Positions 59,910 to 64,000 of a DNA stretch of 64,000 nt are shown piece after piece (within the stretch, counting starts at the first letter, position 1; each line of letters begins with the position of its first letter). Made by a program: the position numbers and the translations under genes. Origin of the DNA: Candidatus Hadarchaeota archaeon (GTDB lineage Archaea; Hadarchaeota; Hadarchaeia; Hadarchaeales; JAGGTB01); the NCBI GenBank assembly GCA_964384105.1, contig CAYLJV010000004.1:77820-141819 (forward strand). Direction: 5' to 3'. Below the pieces are notes generated by a model, which made no database searches, was not told the DNA's origin, and saw only the letters and a list, made by a program, of their open reading frames with translations.

Positions 59910-62864
59910 CTAGAACTCGTCGATCTTCTGTTGTCCGCTGCCCTCGCTGATAATTTCTGCACCCGCTAATTCTTTAACTTCTTCTTTCCCCATTCCTTCT
60001 ATTACTGCTCCTACATCAGTACCGTCCCTTCTTGCTTTTGATAGAGCTTTAGTATAGAATGATATTTCTTCTGCCCTATTTCCTAACCCCAAAGGGGTGA
60101 GGACAGCCCTGTCAAGACCTTTACTTTTAGTTTCTTGATTCGATAAAAGATTGTTAATTTCTTTTTTAATGTTCTCTTTTTCTTTTTTAGTGAGACTATC
60201 AGGATTGAGTATAGGACAATTCTTTGCCTCATAAACCACAAATCTATTTAATCCTGCGTTCCACCTGCCGTGTAATTCCCGAAATAAATCAAAAAGAGAA
60301 CAGTTCATAATTCCCGCTAACAAATTTGTAGATACCTCCTCTTTTGGATAAACTTCATATAAATTACGGTTTGATACTAACGAGTCTGGATTAGTAGAAA
60401 CGAACATTCTTTTCCGAATCATTTCTGGGATCATTAAATCTGGTATTCTTAGATTTCCTAAATCAAACCAACAGCCGTTTTGACTTCTGTACTGTTGACA
60501 AGTTGGGCGTTTATGAGGTGGATTATAATGTCCCCAATCTTTCTCCCACATAGAATGAACAATATATTTGTAGAGGCCTTCGTAACCTTCATCGTGAAGA
60601 CAGCGTAATACGTATCCCTCTTCAGAAGATAGTTCGTCCAAGTTCACGTTTTTAGGCAAGGTTTTCTTATTAAGTTTAATTCCCTTTAATCGTTTTTCTG
60701 AGATATTCTGAAGTTTTTCTTTAACGTATTTATGAATATCAATAACTAAAAGTTCAGTGTCTTTTTCAGTGAAATCTATCGTGTCTGTTTGGCTTATAGA
60801 TTTTGCCACGGGGCTCAGAAACCTTTCATTTATGCCCCAACCTTTTGCTTCTTCTTCTTTCATATAGAAAAAATCATTAGCACCACTCGTAATTCCTCTT
60901 CTAACTTCCGCAATATCATTAAGCTTGCAGATTTTTTCGTGGTTGAGAAGCTTCCAGTAAATCGGTGGGGCATAAAGATATCTATTCCACTTTTCAACCT
61001 CTAGTAAATCCTCCTGAGTTTTAGTAATCAAACGATAATCTTTCTCGTCATTTAGGATATCGGGTTCAAAACCATCCTCAACTATTTCGACCAAATTTTC
61101 TAGATTCATACTTTCCTTTACTCTCAGAAATTTTACGATGTTGGAATTTCTTTCATCCTCGTTATCAGACTTTTCTAGTATCGTCACACAAGTTGGCACT
61201 AGTGGAGTTTCAAAAACCCGTTTACTAAAGCTAATGATAGCTTTAATCTTGAAATTTTCGAGAAAGAATTCCTGGAGATCCTTACCGTAGCCAACCGTCA
61301 ACCATTTGTCGGAGGTTATGAACCCGATTCTTCCTTTTTCTTTCAGAAACTCTGTAGCGTGAGTAAAGAAATATGCATATATATCAGACCTTTCACTCAT
61401 TTTCTCAAAATCTAATCGTCTTAGATGCTTTCTACAGAGTTCTTTGTCAGAAATTAGCTCTTGACGTATATAAGGTGGATTAGCAACCACTACATCAACT
61501 TCTGGAGGAACATTCAGATTTTCGTTCCACGACCCCTCTCCTTTAGCAAGGAATGGATCAATCCGCTCCACTGAAAGCCTCCCTTGGTTTGAATAAACGT
61601 TGAAGAAGTCTTGAACTTCTACATTAACATGTTCGGTTTTAGCACCTAAATCTTGAAGAGCCAAGTTTATGGCAGTGAGTTGAGCAGGGAAGCGATTAAT
61701 GTCGATACCGTATATCTGATCTAATAGTTCTGAGTGATTGGTCGATTGACCGGCATCTTCCTTTAGCTCTTTCAGAACATTATAGGAGTTAATCAAGAAG
61801 GTTCCACTTCCACAACCGGGATCTAGGACCTTGTCATCAGGATCTTTTATCGTCAATCTCGTGATAAGTTCCACTATTTGAGGCGGAGTATAATATTGAC
61901 CCAGACCGTGTCGAACCTCAGGGGGGATTGTGTCCTCGTAAATATACCCGATAGTATCATGCTTGAATTCTCCCAAGTCGTAGTGATCTAATTCTTCAAG
62001 GAATTCCCCAACTTCAAGACTAGCTTGGTCCGTTAGAGGTATCTCATCAAAGATGGGGTCATGTTCGTAAATCGGCTCGAAATCCACATCTTTAACTACC
62101 TTATCAAAGGCCTCTCTTCTCTCCTCTGGTTCTGCTAATTTTTCAAGAGGCAAATCAGGAACATCATAACCGGTATCTTCGAGGACTTTGTAGAAAAACA
62201 GTTTATTCATAAGCAAATAAGCAGCCTGGCTCGCAAATCTTGACTTCTGCTTGTCCTCTTCAATATCCCAGCCTTGTCTGTTAATCCAATTGTCGAATTT
62301 TCCTTTAAAAGAGGGTTCCTCAAGTTTTTCTTCCAACTTTTCAGGGAGTTCTCTAGTGAGGCGATCGTGAAATTCCTTAAGACGTTTTACAAAGGTATCC
62401 CTCTTGTGCTCCCACTTCACCTCTCCCTTTTCTATACCAGCCGCTTGTTCCAGGAGGTTAGAGGCAAACTTTCGAGAGTCAGTTACCTTGTAGGCTCTTG
62501 CTTTCCTATCAAGTAGATGAACTCCCCTTTCATGAGTTCGAAATAAGACCAATTGGCTACCATTATAGGTTGCAAAGTAAGGTGCCCCCAATTTGCCAGC
62601 GTAACCCCAAGCCTGTTCGATTACTTTTGGGGAATAGGGATCTAAATTTCTGTTAGGTCCCCCTTGAGATGGTCTTTTAGCTTCAATGACTAAGAACGGG
62701 CTTCCTCTCCGATCTTCGATAACAATATCGGCCTTACCACCATTGACGTTTTCTTCGGGCCTAACATTTCCGAACTCAAAACCATAGTATTCGGACTGGT
62801 CCTCTATAGCATCCTGTAAATGTCGGTAAAGCTCGAAATGTATCTCCGCTTCCGATTGAGGCAT
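59910..62864 (-). CDS. Type IIG-like restriction-modification fusion (PD-(D/E)xK nuclease plus N6-adenine methyltransferase plus TRD)
   Basis: ADIVI..IEAK nuclease; GQYYTP, DPGCGSG (motif I), NPPY (motif IV). Confidence 0.92.
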   Translation of the reverse strand: MPQSEAEIHFELYRHLQDAIEDQSEYYGFEFGNVRPEENVNGGKADIVIEDRRGSPFLVIEAKRPSQGGPNRNLDPYSPKVIEQAWGYAGKLGAPYFATYNGSQLVLFRTHERGVHLLDRKARAYKVTDSRKFASNLLEQAAGIEKGEVKWEHKRDTFVKRLKEFHDRLTRELPEKLEEKLEEPSFKGKFDNWINRQGWDIEEDKQKSRFASQAAYLLMNKLFFYKVLEDTGYDVPDLPLEKLAEPEERREAFDKVVKDVDFEPIYEHDPIFDEIPLTDQASLEVGEFLEELDHYDLGEFKHDTIGYIYEDTIPPEVRHGLGQYYTPPQIVELITRLTIKDPDDKVLDPGCGSGTFLINSYNVLKELKEDAGQSTNHSELLDQIYGIDINRFPAQLTAINLALQDLGAKTEHVNVEVQDFFNVYSNQGRLSVERIDPFLAKGEGSWNENLNVPPEVDVVVANPPYIRQELISDKELCRKHLRRLDFEKMSERSDIYAYFFTHATEFLKEKGRIGFITSDKWLTVGYGKDLQEFFLENFKIKAIISFSKRVFETPLVPTCVTILEKSDNEDERNSNIVKFLRVKESMNLENLVEIVEDGFEPDILNDEKDYRLITKTQEDLLEVEKWNRYLYAPPIYWKLLNHEKICKLNDIAEVRRGITSGANDFFYMKEEEAKGWGINERFLSPVAKSISQTDTIDFTEKDTELLVIDIHKYVKEKLQNISEKRLKGIKLNKKTLPKNVNLDELSSEEGYVLRCLHDEGYEGLYKYIVHSMWEKDWGHYNPPHKRPTCQQYRSQNGCWFDLGNLRIPDLMIPEMIRKRMFVSTNPDSLVSNRNLYEVYPKEEVSTNLLAGIMNCSLFDLFRELHGRWNAGLNRFVVYEAKNCPILNPDSLTKKEKENIKKEINNLLSNQETKSKGLDRAVLTPLGLGNRAEEISFYTKALSKARRDGTDVGAVIEGMGKEEVKELAGAEIISEGSGQQKIDEF

Positions 62865-63001
62865 ATACTCTATTTCTCAATTTGAAGTAAAAGAGTTTTT
62901 ATAAACGAAATTTGTCTGAGCTCTGGCTTTTTTTAACAAAGCCTAGACTTTCAAAAAATATAATAATTATTTAGACCTTATCTTTTAATCGAGAGTATCT
63001 T

Positions 63002-63961
63002 ATGACGAAGAAAAGCCATAAGAAAAAGCCAAATGAAGTCCCAAACAAAGAAAAAATTGAATCAATAGATAACCAAATTGAAAGCGAATTAGATAAGTTT
63101 AAAGAGAAATGCAATAATATAAATTGTTTTCCATTATTTCTCGATGGATCTTCTATCAACCATAAAGTTGTAGATTCCACCTTTGATAAACTAAGAGATA
63201 AGTACGGTGGTAAAAACGAGAAATTATGTGTTATCTTGGATTCGGGTGGTGGTAACATAGATTCTGCATATAATTTAGCACTTTTATTTAGGAGATATGG
63301 AACTAAAAAACTAGAATTTATTATACCGAGATGGGCAAAAAGTGCAGCAACTTTGTTAGCTTTAGGAGGAGATAAAATCTTTATGGGACCAGTAGCAGAG
63401 CTAGGTCCTATCGACCCCCAAATAACACAAATGAATCCCTTGGAGGGAAGAGTAGAAAGTTTTTCTCCTTTACATATTGAATCAACTTTGGAATTAATTA
63501 GAAATGAATTTGATCAAGGAAACGAAAAATTGGCTAAAAACTTAATTGAACGACTCCAGTTCCCATTAACACTGGGAAGTTTCAAAAAATCTCTTGATAT
63601 TGGTAGACAATATATCGTGAAATTACTTAGTACACGAATGCTGAAGAAAAAAGACGGCAAAGAAATGGCAAAGGAAATTGCATATAAACTGACGGAGGGT
63701 TATGCAGATCATGGGTTTTGTATTGACTGTAAAGAAGCGATTAATCTAGGGTTGAATGTTGAAGAGCTAGATGGCGAAGAATTAAATATTATTTGGAGCA
63801 TTCACAATTTAAATAAGCAAAAAAGGAGAATAAAAAGGGAATTGAAGGAGCAAGAAATGATGGATAAAATTCAAAAGTTACCTCCAGATATTCTTGATAA
63901 ATTACCACCTTCATTAGAAAAAGAAATTAATAATTTTACTATACAGGAGTCGGGAAAATGA
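63002..63961 (+). CDS. SDH/ClpP-class serine protease
   Basis: LDSGGG, AKSAATLLALG, LGPIDPQ, Y.DHG..I. Confidence 0.9.
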   Translation: MTKKSHKKKPNEVPNKEKIESIDNQIESELDKFKEKCNNINCFPLFLDGSSINHKVVDSTFDKLRDKYGGKNEKLCVILDSGGGNIDSAYNLALLFRRYGTKKLEFIIPRWAKSAATLLALGGDKIFMGPVAELGPIDPQITQMNPLEGRVESFSPLHIESTLELIRNEFDQGNEKLAKNLIERLQFPLTLGSFKKSLDIGRQYIVKLLSTRMLKKKDGKEMAKEIAYKLTEGYADHGFCIDCKEAINLGLNVEELDGEELNIIWSIHNLNKQKRRIKRELKEQEMMDKIQKLPPDILDKLPPSLEKEINNFTIQESGK

Positions 63962-64000
63962 GATTGAAAGATAATGATAAATTAGGTCTTAAATTGGCTG

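Larger units (their letters stand above)
56442..62943. mobile_element. Putative IS5/IS903-like cargo transposon; internal alternative end at 59778
   Basis: TAG|GGCTTTG ... CAAAGCC|TAG; transposase stops ~20 nt inside the left end; no end motif directly upstream of the transposase. Confidence 0.6.

Noticed and set aside
59689-59969. N-terminal extension of the 59479 ORF and the 59766 plus-strand ORF
   Set aside because: They run through an operator palindrome and the end-like repeats; non-coding is more plausible.
69-63258. Numerous 60-150 aa ORFs antisense to or nested in well-supported genes
   Set aside because: Shadow ORFs with no motifs or SD support.

Overview
Archaeal chromosomal segment, inferred from class I LysRS, SAMP/NcsA, archaeal 7S SRP RNA, NreA with a PIP box, GGTGA-type SD motifs and acidic proteins. 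An MSBL1/Hadarchaeota-like lineage is a guess. The first ~7 kb is housekeeping (aldolase, aminotransferase, lysS, S2P-SAMP-ncsA, SRP RNA, tRNA-Ser). The middle is an accessory patchwork: signalling, serpin, redox and oxidative-stress genes, tRNA-Val, a CBS+HPF-like putative hibernation factor, parA, a fluoride riboswitch upstream of an antiporter-USP fusion, a glgB-GH57-malQ glucan cluster and DNA-repair genes. The most interesting part is 56.4-63 kb. There an IS903-like (IS5 family) transposase appears to head a cargo transposon bounded by GGCTTTG inverted ends and a TAG duplication. It carries a convergent RHH>tcmP / DUF5131<RHH module and a Type IIG-like restriction-modification fusion; TcmP and the R-M enzyme both end in PCNA-binding (PIP)-like motifs. 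Also notable: two unannotated structured-RNA candidates (7075-7345 minus, 30978-31079 plus), a modular ~130-bp direct repeat with a swapped 37-39 nt core, several apparent ATT/ATA start codons and unannotated micro zinc-finger ORFs. No CRISPR array or rRNA gene was seen. All calls come from reading motifs by eye; no searches were run.
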